Shown here one piece after another: positions 25,996 to 35,165 of a stretch of DNA of 37,195 nucleotides. Numbering within the stretch: the stretch's first letter is position 1; each line of letters starts with the position of its first letter. The position numbers and the translations under genes are program-made. The stretch covers positions 1-37,195 of the forward strand of contig JAZSBQ010000033.1 of the NCBI GenBank assembly GCA_045602485.1, in the 5' to 3' direction. The DNA is from Clostridia bacterium (GTDB taxonomy: Bacteria; Bacillota; Clostridia; Monoglobales; Monoglobaceae). The notes below the pieces were generated by a model. The model searched no databases, was not told the origin of the DNA, and was given only the letters and a program-made list of their open reading frames with translations.

Positions 25996-26382
25996 TTAAC
26001 TTGTAAAATCTTCTTCAAATGATGCAAGGGCCTGTTTGCCGTCCAGAACTATTCCTTCGCGTAGCAGAGCAAGTTCTTCGGGTGAGATGTCTTCAATGCG
26101 GGCGTCAAGTGTGTATAAAAATTCCTCGCTCTCTCCCGAGCGGGCGTATATCGACAGAGTATTGCCGTCATATCTTGCGACATAATAATCTGCAGGAATT
26201 ATTTCATCGGGGTCAAGTGGAGAGAAACTTTCGGCAGCAGCAGGTGTTACCTCTATAAGAGATCCTGCTACCTTGGTGGCAGATGTTTTCCACATATACA
26301 TAAAGGCAATATATGCTACAAGGGCAGTGATTATAAAAACACAAAAACCGACCATAATACTCTTAAAAAAACGATTTATCAC
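25996..26382 (-). CDS. Hypothetical membrane-anchored protein (single N-terminal TM, small soluble domain)
   Basis: 128 aa with an N-terminal TM segment (IMVGFCVFIITALVAYIAFMYMW) and an acidic soluble C-terminal part. It is divergent from the PBP gene. No family was recognised. Confidence 0.6.
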   Translation of the reverse strand: MINRFFKSIMVGFCVFIITALVAYIAFMYMWKTSATKVAGSLIEVTPAAAESFSPLDPDEIIPADYYVARYDGNTLSIYARSGESEEFLYTLDARIEDISPEELALLREGIVLDGKQALASFEEDFTS

Positions 26383-26563
26383 AAAAATACCCCCTATATA
26401 TTGTGCGTAACTGTTCTTTGTAACACTAATTTAATATATTGTTAACAGATATTGGTCTTTTCATACATATTTTTTTGGACTATAATATAATGGAACATAA
26501 ATATGCGATTATGAAAGTTCTGTTTTAAGTTATACATACCTAAACGAGTAAAGGAGTATTTGT

Positions 26564-28834
26564 ATGAAGCACTACGTAGGTAAGTTCTTTAAAATATTTA
26601 CAATAACAATAGCAAGTTTTTTCCTGGTTGCGATACTGATGATTGTCGGGGCGGTTTTTGGCCTTTGGGGCGGAATAGAAGAACTCGATATGGAGGCACT
26701 TACTCTCAACCGCAACTCTGTAATAGTATCTGTTGATCCCGAGACAGGCGTGGAAACTGAACTGCACAGAATTAATTCGGGCGAAAATCGCGAATGGATT
26801 GACATAGAAAAAACACCGGTACACCTTCAAAATGCTTTTATTGCAATAGAGGACGAAAGATTTATGAAGCATTCCGGTTTTGATTTTCTCAGAACCACTA
26901 AGGCTACGTTTACATATATAGGCAACAAGATAATAGGAAGAAGCGGGGTTAGTCTCGGCGGAAGCACTATTACACAACAACTTGTTAAAAACATAACCGG
27001 AGAGAAAGACCAGACCCCTGTAAGAAAAATCAGGGAGATATCGCGTGCCGTTGCGCTTGAAAAGGAATTTGAAAAGGAAGAAATTTTAGAACTTTACATA
27101 AACTGCATATATTTGTCGCGTGGGTACAACGGTGTGCAGACCGCATCAAGAGCCTACTTTGGCAAGAATGCATCAGAACTTACTCTCGCAGAATGTGCAT
27201 CAATAGCCGGAATCACTCAGAATCCGTCTGCATATGACCCGATCAGCAATCCAGAGAACAACAAAGACAGACAGATGCTTGTGCTTGGTAAGATGCTGGA
27301 ACTTGAATTTATTACTCAGGAAGAATATGATCAGGCAGCAGCAGAGGAGTTGAATTTCCTTGATGCTGAAGAGGCGGCATCTGCAAGCGGAATAACAAAT
27401 TCTTATTTTGTGGATCAGGTAATCACGGATGTACAGAAAGGCCTGGAGGCAAAAGGTTATTCGCCAACTTTAGCATCAAAGATGGTGTATACGGGCGGTC
27501 TTAAGATATATACTCAGTACAAGCCTGAAATACAGAAAATAGTTGAAGATTACTACAGCAATACAAAGAACTTTCCTGGGGCAGGGGTGCAGTCTGCGAT
27601 TACTGTAATTGATGTAAGAAGCGGACAAATCGTGGGTATTGCCGGCGGAATAGGAGAGAAGACAGCGAATCTTACTCTTAACCGTGCATCAGCAAGCCCA
27701 AGACAGCCCGGTTCTACAATAAAGCCTGTTGCGGCTTATGCCCCGGCAATTGAATATAACGTTATAACTCCCGGTTCGGTTTATGATGATGTGGCAAGGT
27801 CATATAATGGATGGACACCGCGAAACTATGACTATGCATACAGAGGTAAGGTGGATGTAAGACGTGCGGTGCGCACATCTCTTAATACTATTCCCGTTGA
27901 AATAATAGACGAAATGGGAGCCCGGAAAAGTTATGATTTTATGACAAAGAATCTTGGCTTTACCACTCTTGTGGAAAGACGCGACGTAAACGGAAAGATA
28001 TACAGCGATATCGGACTTTCTCAGTTGGCACTTGGCGGATTGACAGACGGTGTAACTACTGTCGAAATGGCAGCGGCATACAGTGCCTTTGCAAATGGCG
28101 GAATTTACAATAAGCCACACACTTATACTGAGGTTAAGGACAGCGATGGTAATGTAATCCTTGCTGCAGATCTCACAGGTAAAGTAGCGATGAAGCCGTC
28201 AACTGCATTTATAATGACACAGATGCTCAGAGAGGTTGTGTCATCCGGTACCGGTGGTGGTGCAGCAGTGTCAGGTGTAAACTACACAGCAGGCAAGACG
28301 GGTACCACATCGGACAACAATGACAGATGGTTTGTTGGGTATACCCCATATTATGCAGCTGCAATCTGGTATGGTTATGACACGCCGAAGGAAATTTATG
28401 CATCAGGCAATCCGTGTATTCCTGTGTTTAGGAGCATTATGAATGATATTCACAAGACGCTTGACGACAGAAGCAGAGGTATATCTGTGCCAAACGGTGT
28501 CGTAAGTGTAAGTTACTGCACCTATACCGGCCTTCGTGCAGCAGAAGGATGTGCGGCAGAATCTGCATATTTCCAGAGCGATAACATTCCTAGATATTGT
28601 AGTTCCAATCATCCAAAAGAGGAAGACGAAGAAGAAAAAGAAGGCGAAGAAGGAGAAGAAGGAGAAGAAACAGAAGGTGAGGGGACAACATCGTCCGGAA
28701 CTTCAACCGGCACAAGCGGTACACCATCTTCAGGCTCTGCTGCAGGAGGGGCAACATCGGGCAGTACATCAGCCGGGGCAACATCAGGCGGAATGCAGGC
28801 GGGAAATACTTCCGGTATAACGCCGACGGAATAG
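26564..28834 (+). CDS. Class A penicillin-binding protein (PBP1A-type transglycosylase/transpeptidase) with a low-complexity tail
   Basis: GT51 motifs EDERFMKHSGFD and GGSTITQQL. Transpeptidase motifs STIK (PGSTIKP), SLN and KTGT. RBS AAAGGAG and an N-terminal TM anchor are present. Confidence 0.93.
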   Translation: MKHYVGKFFKIFTITIASFFLVAILMIVGAVFGLWGGIEELDMEALTLNRNSVIVSVDPETGVETELHRINSGENREWIDIEKTPVHLQNAFIAIEDERFMKHSGFDFLRTTKATFTYIGNKIIGRSGVSLGGSTITQQLVKNITGEKDQTPVRKIREISRAVALEKEFEKEEILELYINCIYLSRGYNGVQTASRAYFGKNASELTLAECASIAGITQNPSAYDPISNPENNKDRQMLVLGKMLELEFITQEEYDQAAAEELNFLDAEEAASASGITNSYFVDQVITDVQKGLEAKGYSPTLASKMVYTGGLKIYTQYKPEIQKIVEDYYSNTKNFPGAGVQSAITVIDVRSGQIVGIAGGIGEKTANLTLNRASASPRQPGSTIKPVAAYAPAIEYNVITPGSVYDDVARSYNGWTPRNYDYAYRGKVDVRRAVRTSLNTIPVEIIDEMGARKSYDFMTKNLGFTTLVERRDVNGKIYSDIGLSQLALGGLTDGVTTVEMAAAYSAFANGGIYNKPHTYTEVKDSDGNVILAADLTGKVAMKPSTAFIMTQMLREVVSSGTGGGAAVSGVNYTAGKTGTTSDNNDRWFVGYTPYYAAAIWYGYDTPKEIYASGNPCIPVFRSIMNDIHKTLDDRSRGISVPNGVVSVSYCTYTGLRAAEGCAAESAYFQSDNIPRYCSSNHPKEEDEEEKEGEEGEEGEETEGEGTTSSGTSTGTSGTPSSGSAAGGATSGSTSAGATSGGMQAGNTSGITPTE

Positions 28835-28849
28835 AAGTGTTTTAATAAA

Positions 28850-28886
28850 GGGTATGTATCATATTGCATTGGATACAGCCCTTTTG
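28850..28886 (+). terminator. Hairpin/terminator after the PBP gene
   Basis: GGG(ta)TGTATC-11 nt-GATACA(g)CCC followed by TTTT. Confidence 0.45.
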
Positions 28887-28932
28887 TTGGTATAAACAGC
28901 GTAGATGAATTTAGTTTTTTTGGAGGTACAAC

Positions 28933-30906
28933 GTGAAAAAATATGATAACTCGAGTATATCACAGTTAAAAGGTGCGGACCGTGTCCGTAAACGTCCTGC
29001 GGTTATATTTGGCTCCGAGGGCATAGAGGGATGCGAGCACTCTATGTTTGAGATACTCTCAAACTCTATTGATGAGGCCAGAGAGGGTTATGGAAGTACC
29101 ATTAAGATTACAAGATATATGGATAAATCCATAGAGATTGAGGACTTCGGACGCGGAATCCCCGTTGAGTATAACGAGCGTGAAAAGAGATACAACTGGG
29201 AACTTGTGTTCTGCGAACTTTATGCCGGCGGTAAATATAAGAACAATTCGGGAGGAAACTACGAGTATTCTCTCGGCCTTAACGGACTTGGCGCCTGCGC
29301 TACTCAATATAGTTCTGAATATATGGATGTTGAGGTTTTGCGCGACGGATATAAGTTTAACCTCCATTTTGAAAAGGGAGAAAACAAAGGCGGCCTTCAG
29401 AAGACGGAGTTCCGTCACAGACATACAGGAACAAAAATCCGCTGGAAACCCGACCTTAAAGTTTTTACCGATATTGATATCCCCCTTGACAATTACCGCA
29501 ACATTTTAAAGCGTCAGGCGGTGGTTAACTCCGGTATTAAGTTTATCTTCAAAAACGAAATTTCAAAAGGAGAATTTGAAGAGACCGAATACTATTACGA
29601 AAACGGTATTGTGGATTATGTTGCAGAACTTTCAAACGGTAAAGAAATATCCTCAATACACTATATAGAGGCAGAAAGAAAGGGCAGAGACAGAGAAGAC
29701 CTTGATGAATACAAGGTGAAGATGAGTTTTGCGTTTTGCTTTAATAATGAAAACCATACCGTTGAGTATTATCATAACTCAAGTTTTCTGGAGCACGGCG
29801 GTTCACCTGACAAGGCAGTAAGAAGTGCATTTGTCTATGCAATAGACCAGTACCTTAAGCAAAACGGAAAATATACAAAGAACGAGAGCAGAATTCAGTT
29901 TGCTGATGTTGCAGACAGTTTGCTCCTTGTCAGCAACTCTTTGTCTACTATGACAAGTTACGAAAACCAGACTAAAAAAGCGATAAATAATAAATTTATA
30001 CAAAGTGCTATGACTGATTTTCTGCGAGAGCAGCTGGAGATTTATTTTATCGAGAATAAGATTGATGCAGAAAAACTTTGCGCACAGGTGCTTGTCAACA
30101 AGCGCAGCCGCGAATCTGCCGAAAAAACCCGTATAAATGTAAAGAAGAAACTTGGCGGCAATATTGATATAAACAACAGAGTTAAAAAGTTTGTTGATTG
30201 CAGAAGCCGCGATGTAAGCAAGAGAGAAGTCTATATAGTTGAGGGCGATTCTGCGCTTGGTGCATGTAAACTTGGCCGTGATGGAGAGTTTCAGGCGATT
30301 ATGCCAATTCGAGGTAAGATACTTAATTGTCTTAAGGCCGAGTATGACAAAATTTTTAAAAGTGAAGTAATAGTTGACCTGATGAAGGTTTTGGGATGCG
30401 GAGTTGAAATATCTTCAAAGCACAACAAAGAACTCAACTCTTTTGATATAGCAAACCTCAGATGGAACAAGATAATAATCTGTACCGATGCCGATGTTGA
30501 CGGATATCAGATAAGGACTCTGGTGCTTACGATGATTTATCGTCTGACCCCAAGCCTGATTGATGAAGGGTATGTTTACATTGCTGAGTCGCCGCTGTAT
30601 GAGATTACTTGCAAGGATAAAAGTTATTTTGCCTTCGATGAGGCCGAAAAAGGCGAGATTTTACAAAAACTTGAAGGCAAAAAATATTCGATTCAGCGAA
30701 GCAAAGGTCTTGGTGAGAACCAGCCGGAAATGATGTGGGAAACAACGATGAATCCCGAAACACGCAGACTTATAAAGGTTATGCCTGATGATGTAACAAA
30801 AACACAGGAGATGTTTGACTTGCTTCTTGGCGATAATTTAGCAGGAAGAAAAGAGTATATTGCAAACTTTGGCCATAACTTTATTGATTTGACCGATGTT
30901 TCCTGA
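28933..30906 (+). CDS. parE: Type IIA DNA topoisomerase subunit B (ParE/GyrB-like), GTG start
   Basis: GHKL N-terminus (LKGADRVRKRPAVIFGS, EILSNSIDEA) and Toprim motifs EGDSA, PIRGKILN and TDADVDGYQI. GGAGGT lies 6 nt before the GTG. The ParE versus second-gyrase choice is tentative. Confidence 0.85.
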   Translation: MKKYDNSSISQLKGADRVRKRPAVIFGSEGIEGCEHSMFEILSNSIDEAREGYGSTIKITRYMDKSIEIEDFGRGIPVEYNEREKRYNWELVFCELYAGGKYKNNSGGNYEYSLGLNGLGACATQYSSEYMDVEVLRDGYKFNLHFEKGENKGGLQKTEFRHRHTGTKIRWKPDLKVFTDIDIPLDNYRNILKRQAVVNSGIKFIFKNEISKGEFEETEYYYENGIVDYVAELSNGKEISSIHYIEAERKGRDREDLDEYKVKMSFAFCFNNENHTVEYYHNSSFLEHGGSPDKAVRSAFVYAIDQYLKQNGKYTKNESRIQFADVADSLLLVSNSLSTMTSYENQTKKAINNKFIQSAMTDFLREQLEIYFIENKIDAEKLCAQVLVNKRSRESAEKTRINVKKKLGGNIDINNRVKKFVDCRSRDVSKREVYIVEGDSALGACKLGRDGEFQAIMPIRGKILNCLKAEYDKIFKSEVIVDLMKVLGCGVEISSKHNKELNSFDIANLRWNKIIICTDADVDGYQIRTLVLTMIYRLTPSLIDEGYVYIAESPLYEITCKDKSYFAFDEAEKGEILQKLEGKKYSIQRSKGLGENQPEMMWETTMNPETRRLIKVMPDDVTKTQEMFDLLLGDNLAGRKEYIANFGHNFIDLTDVS

Positions 30907-30927
30907 TAAAGCGAAAGTGGAGAAGAT

Positions 30928-33108
30928 ATGATGAAAGAACCAATTATAGAAAATCAGATTATAACTGAGACTCTCGAAAAAAACTATATGCCTTACGCCA
31001 TGAGCGTAATTATTTCCCGTGCGATCCCTGAGATTGACGGATTTAAGCCGTCTCACAGAAAACTTCTTTACACAATGTATAAGATGGGCTTGCTAAACGG
31101 AAACCGCACAAAGTCTGCAAATGTTGTGGGCCAGACAATGAAACTCAATCCCCACGGTGATGCGGCAATTTACCAGACTATGGTACGTCTGACCGAGGGG
31201 AACGGGGCGTTGCTTGTGCCCCTCGTTGACTCTAAAGGTAACTTTGGCCGTCAGTATTCAAGAGATATGGCGTATGCGGCGTCCCGTTATACAGAGGTAA
31301 GACTTTCAAAAGTCTGTGCCGAGATTTTCAGGGATATTGACAAGGATACAATAGATTTTACAGACAACTATGACGGCACAATGAAAGAGCCTGAGTTGTT
31401 GCCGACAACATTTCCAAATGTGCTTGCAAACCCAAATCAGGGAATTGCCGTAGGTATGGCATCAAATATATGCAGTTTTAATCTGAGAGAATTGTGCGAG
31501 GCAACAATTGCGGTAATGAAAGACCCAGAGGTTGACCTGATGGATATTATGCCGGCACCTGACTTCCCGGGTGGAGGAGAACTTGTCTACAACATTGATG
31601 AAATGCGCGAGATATACAAAACAGGCAGAGGATCTGTCAGAGTGCGCGCGACGTATGAATATGATAAAAAGAACAACTGTATCGAGATAAAGGAAATCCC
31701 CTATACTGCCTCGGTTGAAGTTATAATAGAAAAAATCGTAGACCTTGTAAAGGCGGGTAAGATAAAAGAGGTTTCTGATGTCCGTGACGAAACCGACCTT
31801 AAAGGTCTTAAACTGACCATAGATTTAAAGCGTGGAACAGACCCTGAGAAGTTGATGGCAAAACTTTATAAAACAACTCAACTTGAGGACAGTTTTGGAT
31901 GTAACTTTAATATTCTGGTCGAAGGCTCGCCTCTTGTCCTGGGCGTAAATGATATACTTTGCGAGTGGTTAAGATTCCGCCGCAGTTGTGTAACTAGAAG
32001 CATCAAATACGATATCGAAAAGAAACGTGATAAACTCCATCTTTTAGAAGGTCTTGAAAAAATACTTCTTGATATTGACAAGGCTGTAAAGATTGTCCGC
32101 GAGACAGAGGAAGACGCAATGGTTGTACCAAACCTTATGGCGGGCTTTGGTATAACAGAGGTACAGGCAGAGTTTGTTGCAGAGATTAAGTTGCGTAACC
32201 TTAACAAGGAATATATTATTAAGAGAACTGCAGAAATTGAAAGCCTGAAGGAGGAACTTAAAGACCTTGAGGCGACAGTGAGCAGCAAAGCCAAGATAAA
32301 CAAAATTATAGAAAAACAGTTAAAGGAAATCAGCAAGAAGTATGGTGAGGACAGAAAAACTGTTCTGGTATCAGAAAGTGATATAGAGACAATAGATATT
32401 GCAGAGGCTGTCCCTGATTATGCGGTTAAACTCTTCCGCACGAGAGAAGGATATATAAAGAAGATTTCTCTTGTTGCACTGAGAACAAGCGGAGAGCAAA
32501 AACTAAAAGATGACGATGTAATAGTTGAAGAGGTTGAAACAAACAACAACGCCGAGGTAATATTCTTCGGCGGCGGAAATGCATACAAAATGAAGATAAA
32601 TGATATTCCTGACGGCAAGGCAAGTCAACTTGGTGAATTTATACCAAATCTTGTAGGCATGGAAGAAAAAGCGGATATAATCGGAATGGTGCTTCCGGGA
32701 GATTACAGCGGAAACATTCTCTTCTGTTTTGAAAACGGAAAATGTGCTAAAGTTCCAATTGCTTCCTATGAGACAAAGTCCAACAGAAAACGCCTGACGG
32801 GCGGATATTCTGATAAATCGCCTGTGGTTGCTATGTTTGCCCTGAAAGAAGAGCGGGATATTGTGCTCTTTAGCAACGCGAATAAAGTTTTGTGCATAAA
32901 CACAGAGAAGATACCTCTTAAGACCACCAGATCAACTCAGGGTATTGCCGTAATGACGCTCAGACGTGGCGCGGTTATAAAGTCTGCGTGCTTTGCAGAA
33001 GACAGTGGCCTTGTAGAGCCGAGACGTCACCGCCCAAGAAATATTCCTGCAGCCGGAGCATCAATCCGTGATGAGGATACAGGGATAGAACAAATGTCTT
33101 TTGTATAA
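30928..33108 (+). CDS. parC: Type IIA DNA topoisomerase subunit A (ParC/GyrA-like)
   Basis: DGFKPSHRKLLY, NPHGDAAIY and the catalytic-Tyr context AASRYTEVRL. No GyrA-box (QRRGGKG-like) was seen in the C-terminal domain, which favours a ParC-type protein. Confidence 0.85.
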   Translation: MMKEPIIENQIITETLEKNYMPYAMSVIISRAIPEIDGFKPSHRKLLYTMYKMGLLNGNRTKSANVVGQTMKLNPHGDAAIYQTMVRLTEGNGALLVPLVDSKGNFGRQYSRDMAYAASRYTEVRLSKVCAEIFRDIDKDTIDFTDNYDGTMKEPELLPTTFPNVLANPNQGIAVGMASNICSFNLRELCEATIAVMKDPEVDLMDIMPAPDFPGGGELVYNIDEMREIYKTGRGSVRVRATYEYDKKNNCIEIKEIPYTASVEVIIEKIVDLVKAGKIKEVSDVRDETDLKGLKLTIDLKRGTDPEKLMAKLYKTTQLEDSFGCNFNILVEGSPLVLGVNDILCEWLRFRRSCVTRSIKYDIEKKRDKLHLLEGLEKILLDIDKAVKIVRETEEDAMVVPNLMAGFGITEVQAEFVAEIKLRNLNKEYIIKRTAEIESLKEELKDLEATVSSKAKINKIIEKQLKEISKKYGEDRKTVLVSESDIETIDIAEAVPDYAVKLFRTREGYIKKISLVALRTSGEQKLKDDDVIVEEVETNNNAEVIFFGGGNAYKMKINDIPDGKASQLGEFIPNLVGMEEKADIIGMVLPGDYSGNILFCFENGKCAKVPIASYETKSNRKRLTGGYSDKSPVVAMFALKEERDIVLFSNANKVLCINTEKIPLKTTRSTQGIAVMTLRRGAVIKSACFAEDSGLVEPRRHRPRNIPAAGASIRDEDTGIEQMSFV

Positions 33109-33159
33109 AAGAAATAAAAATGCATTGGTAACTTTGTATAAAAAGACAACGCAAAAAAC

Positions 33160-33188
33160 TTGTAATATTGTTAATTTTGTTGTATAAT
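33160..33188 (+). promoter_or_regulatory. Sigma-A promoter for hpf
   Basis: TTGTAA (33160-33165), a 17-nt spacer, then TATAAT (33183-33188). Confidence 0.55.
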
Positions 33189-33249
33189 ATATATAGTAGT
33201 CAGGTATAATCCGGATAACTGCTAAATTAAAACGACAGGAGGCAATATT

Positions 33250-33783
33250 ATGACTTACAAGATTTTGTGTAAACAGGTAGAACTTGCGGATGCGAGCAAA
33301 GAGAAAATTCTTGCAAAGGTAGAAAAACTTGACAAGTTTTTTGATGATGATACAGACTGCAAAATTCAGGTTTCTCAGCAGAATGAGCAGATGGTAGTAG
33401 AGATAACCTTTGTTTACAAAGGATTTCTCATCCGCTCTGAGGAGAGAAACCGAGATCTTCTCACCGCCGTTGACAGTTGCCTCTCGGGTATTGACCGACA
33501 GATAAGAAAAAACAAGACCAGACTGGCAAAGAGGCTGAGAGATGATTCTCTTGAAAACTACAGTATAGACTTTGGCGGCAATGATGTGGAAGAGGATAAA
33601 GAAGAATTCAACATTATTAAGGTTAAACGCATTGATATAAAGCCGATGATGGTAGAAGAGGCAATTCTTCAGATGAATATGCTCAGGCATGACTTTTTTA
33701 TCTTTACAGATCCGGACACTATGAAGACAAACATTGTATATAAAAGAAAAGATGGCGATTATGCCGTAATTGAAACAAAATAA
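33250..33783 (+). CDS. hpf: Ribosome hibernation-promoting factor, long form (HPF/YvyD)
   Basis: An S30AE-type N-terminal domain (VELADASKEKILAKVEKLDKFF...VEITF) and a C-terminal dimerisation domain (IKVKRIDIKPMMVEEAILQMNMLRHDFFIFTD). RBS AGGAGG is present. Confidence 0.92.
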   Translation: MTYKILCKQVELADASKEKILAKVEKLDKFFDDDTDCKIQVSQQNEQMVVEITFVYKGFLIRSEERNRDLLTAVDSCLSGIDRQIRKNKTRLAKRLRDDSLENYSIDFGGNDVEEDKEEFNIIKVKRIDIKPMMVEEAILQMNMLRHDFFIFTDPDTMKTNIVYKRKDGDYAVIETK

Positions 33784-33848
33784 AAGAACACCCCAAGGCG
33801 TGTTTCTCAAAAGGATGTTTCTGAAAAAAGCCGATTGAGAGAGAAATA

Positions 33849-33885
33849 AGTACAGTTATTGAAAAATAGCTGTACTTTTTCTTTT
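33849..33885 (+). terminator. Rho-independent terminator after hpf
   Basis: AGTACAGTTATT-gaaa-AATAGCTGTACT forms 12 bp with one G-U, followed by TTTTTCTTTT. Confidence 0.7.
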
Positions 33886-33969
33886 GCTCAAAAAGACTTT
33901 AAGTTAATAAGTTATTAAGTCGTATCGCATGATGCGGCTTTTTTTAATGCAAAAAGGAGGCATACTTTT

Positions 33970-34764
33970 ATGAAAATATATACTGAAAATTTTACGATTA
34001 TACTAAACAAGCATATTACAAATACGGAGATAGATACCTATGAGTTTAGAGTTCTTTGCTATCTTCTAATGTTGTCAGATGACGATGGGGCTTGCTTTCC
34101 GTCATACAATACGATTGCTGAAAAAATCGGTATAGGTGAAACAAAAGCAAAGAATGCCATCAAGCATTTGATTGAACTTGGAATTATTAAAAAGACTAAC
34201 CGAACAAAAGAAGACGGCAGTGCCGGTTCCAATTTATATGTGGTGTGTGAAAAGACCACTATGCAGGTCGCAGAAAAACCTGATGAGGTTGTTTCAAGTA
34301 CGACCTCTTGTGTGCCTGATGACCTACCCTATGGTTGTGAAATGAATGAGGGTTGTGTGCAAGACGACTACAATAAATACTCAAATATAAATAATTATTT
34401 TATTAATAATCATCTATCATCAATAGAGGATGTGATGAATCGAGCAGAAACATATGAACTCGAAGGATTAACAAAAAAGAATTACGAAACTGCGATTGAA
34501 ATTATGTTTAATTCAGAATCGATTTCAGTTGGCGGCGAAATCATTCCTTGTGAAATTGTTCGCAAGCGATTAGAAAATATCAGCTACGAGCATATCGTCT
34601 ATGTTGATAATAATATGCGAAGAAAATTAGTTGACGGCAGAGTTGAAATTCAAGTCAGAAGTCCAGTTCCCTATATCATAACTGCTCTGTATAATGCACT
34701 CCGTTATACGGCTGATGAAATTGTAAGAATGGAATATGGAGATGTGTATTTGAATTCGGAGTGA
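33970..34764 (+). CDS. Winged-helix DNA-binding protein of MGE type (replication-initiator-like N-terminal HTH; uncharacterised C-terminal domain)
   Basis: YEFRVLCYLLMLSDDDGACFPSYNTIAEKIGIGETKAKNAIKHLIELGIIKK is the HTH_36-style 'FPS..tIA...g.s..tv..ai..L...G' pattern of plasmid/phage Rep proteins. AAAGGAGG lies 9 nt upstream of the ATG. Confidence 0.65.
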   Translation: MKIYTENFTIILNKHITNTEIDTYEFRVLCYLLMLSDDDGACFPSYNTIAEKIGIGETKAKNAIKHLIELGIIKKTNRTKEDGSAGSNLYVVCEKTTMQVAEKPDEVVSSTTSCVPDDLPYGCEMNEGCVQDDYNKYSNINNYFINNHLSSIEDVMNRAETYELEGLTKKNYETAIEIMFNSESISVGGEIIPCEIVRKRLENISYEHIVYVDNNMRRKLVDGRVEIQVRSPVPYIITALYNALRYTADEIVRMEYGDVYLNSE

Positions 34765-35165
34765 TACATCCGAAATCATAACCGCATAGATTGAGTTTGA
34801 TTTTGCGGCAAGGTATATACACCACCCTGAAAAGTTAGCCTCTCGTATCCGCTATATAAACCGCATAGTCAGCTCCTTGAAGTCGATTTGAAAGAACAAA
34901 CGAAGGTAAGAAAAATCACCTGTCGGGGCGCCCCGAAACGGCGAGGCGTGGTGTTTTAAAAGAAGCAGGATAAAGCTTGGTGCGCTATTCGCCCCAAGCA
35001 GGTTCACATCGCCGTGCAAAGCCCTGCGGAGAGGTTACAAAAGTGCATCTGCTGGTGATGGTTTGGTGCTGAAATGCGGATTTTCCGCACGGTTGAGCCT
35101 TGAAAATGGTGCATATTCAGGTATCAATGATATTTAATGATATTTTGAGAATGGACAGTGGTAAA
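34765..35165 (+). promoter_or_regulatory. ORF-free, comparatively GC-rich, repeat- and hairpin-dense region: candidate oriT/regulatory region of the relaxase
   Basis: The region contains a direct repeat AACCGCATAG (34780-34789, 34859-34868), the palindrome CGGGGCGCCCCG (34924-34935), and hairpins at 34975-34999 and 35075-35089. No ORF of 60 aa or more is present on either strand. Confidence 0.3.

Noticed and set aside
33109-33249. A raiA-motif structured RNA upstream of hpf.
   Set aside because: The region is AT-rich, holds a plain promoter and RBS, and shows no extended pairing.
33061-33810. A 249-aa minus-strand ORF antisense to hpf, and similar long antisense ORFs at 36314-36850, 26540-26980, 9989-10576, 4207-4644, 11141-11593 and 18981-19427.
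   Set aside because: They lie entirely opposite well-supported genes, have low-complexity or Cys/Phe/Leu-rich compositions typical of antisense AT-rich frames, and lack an RBS. I treat them as shadow ORFs.
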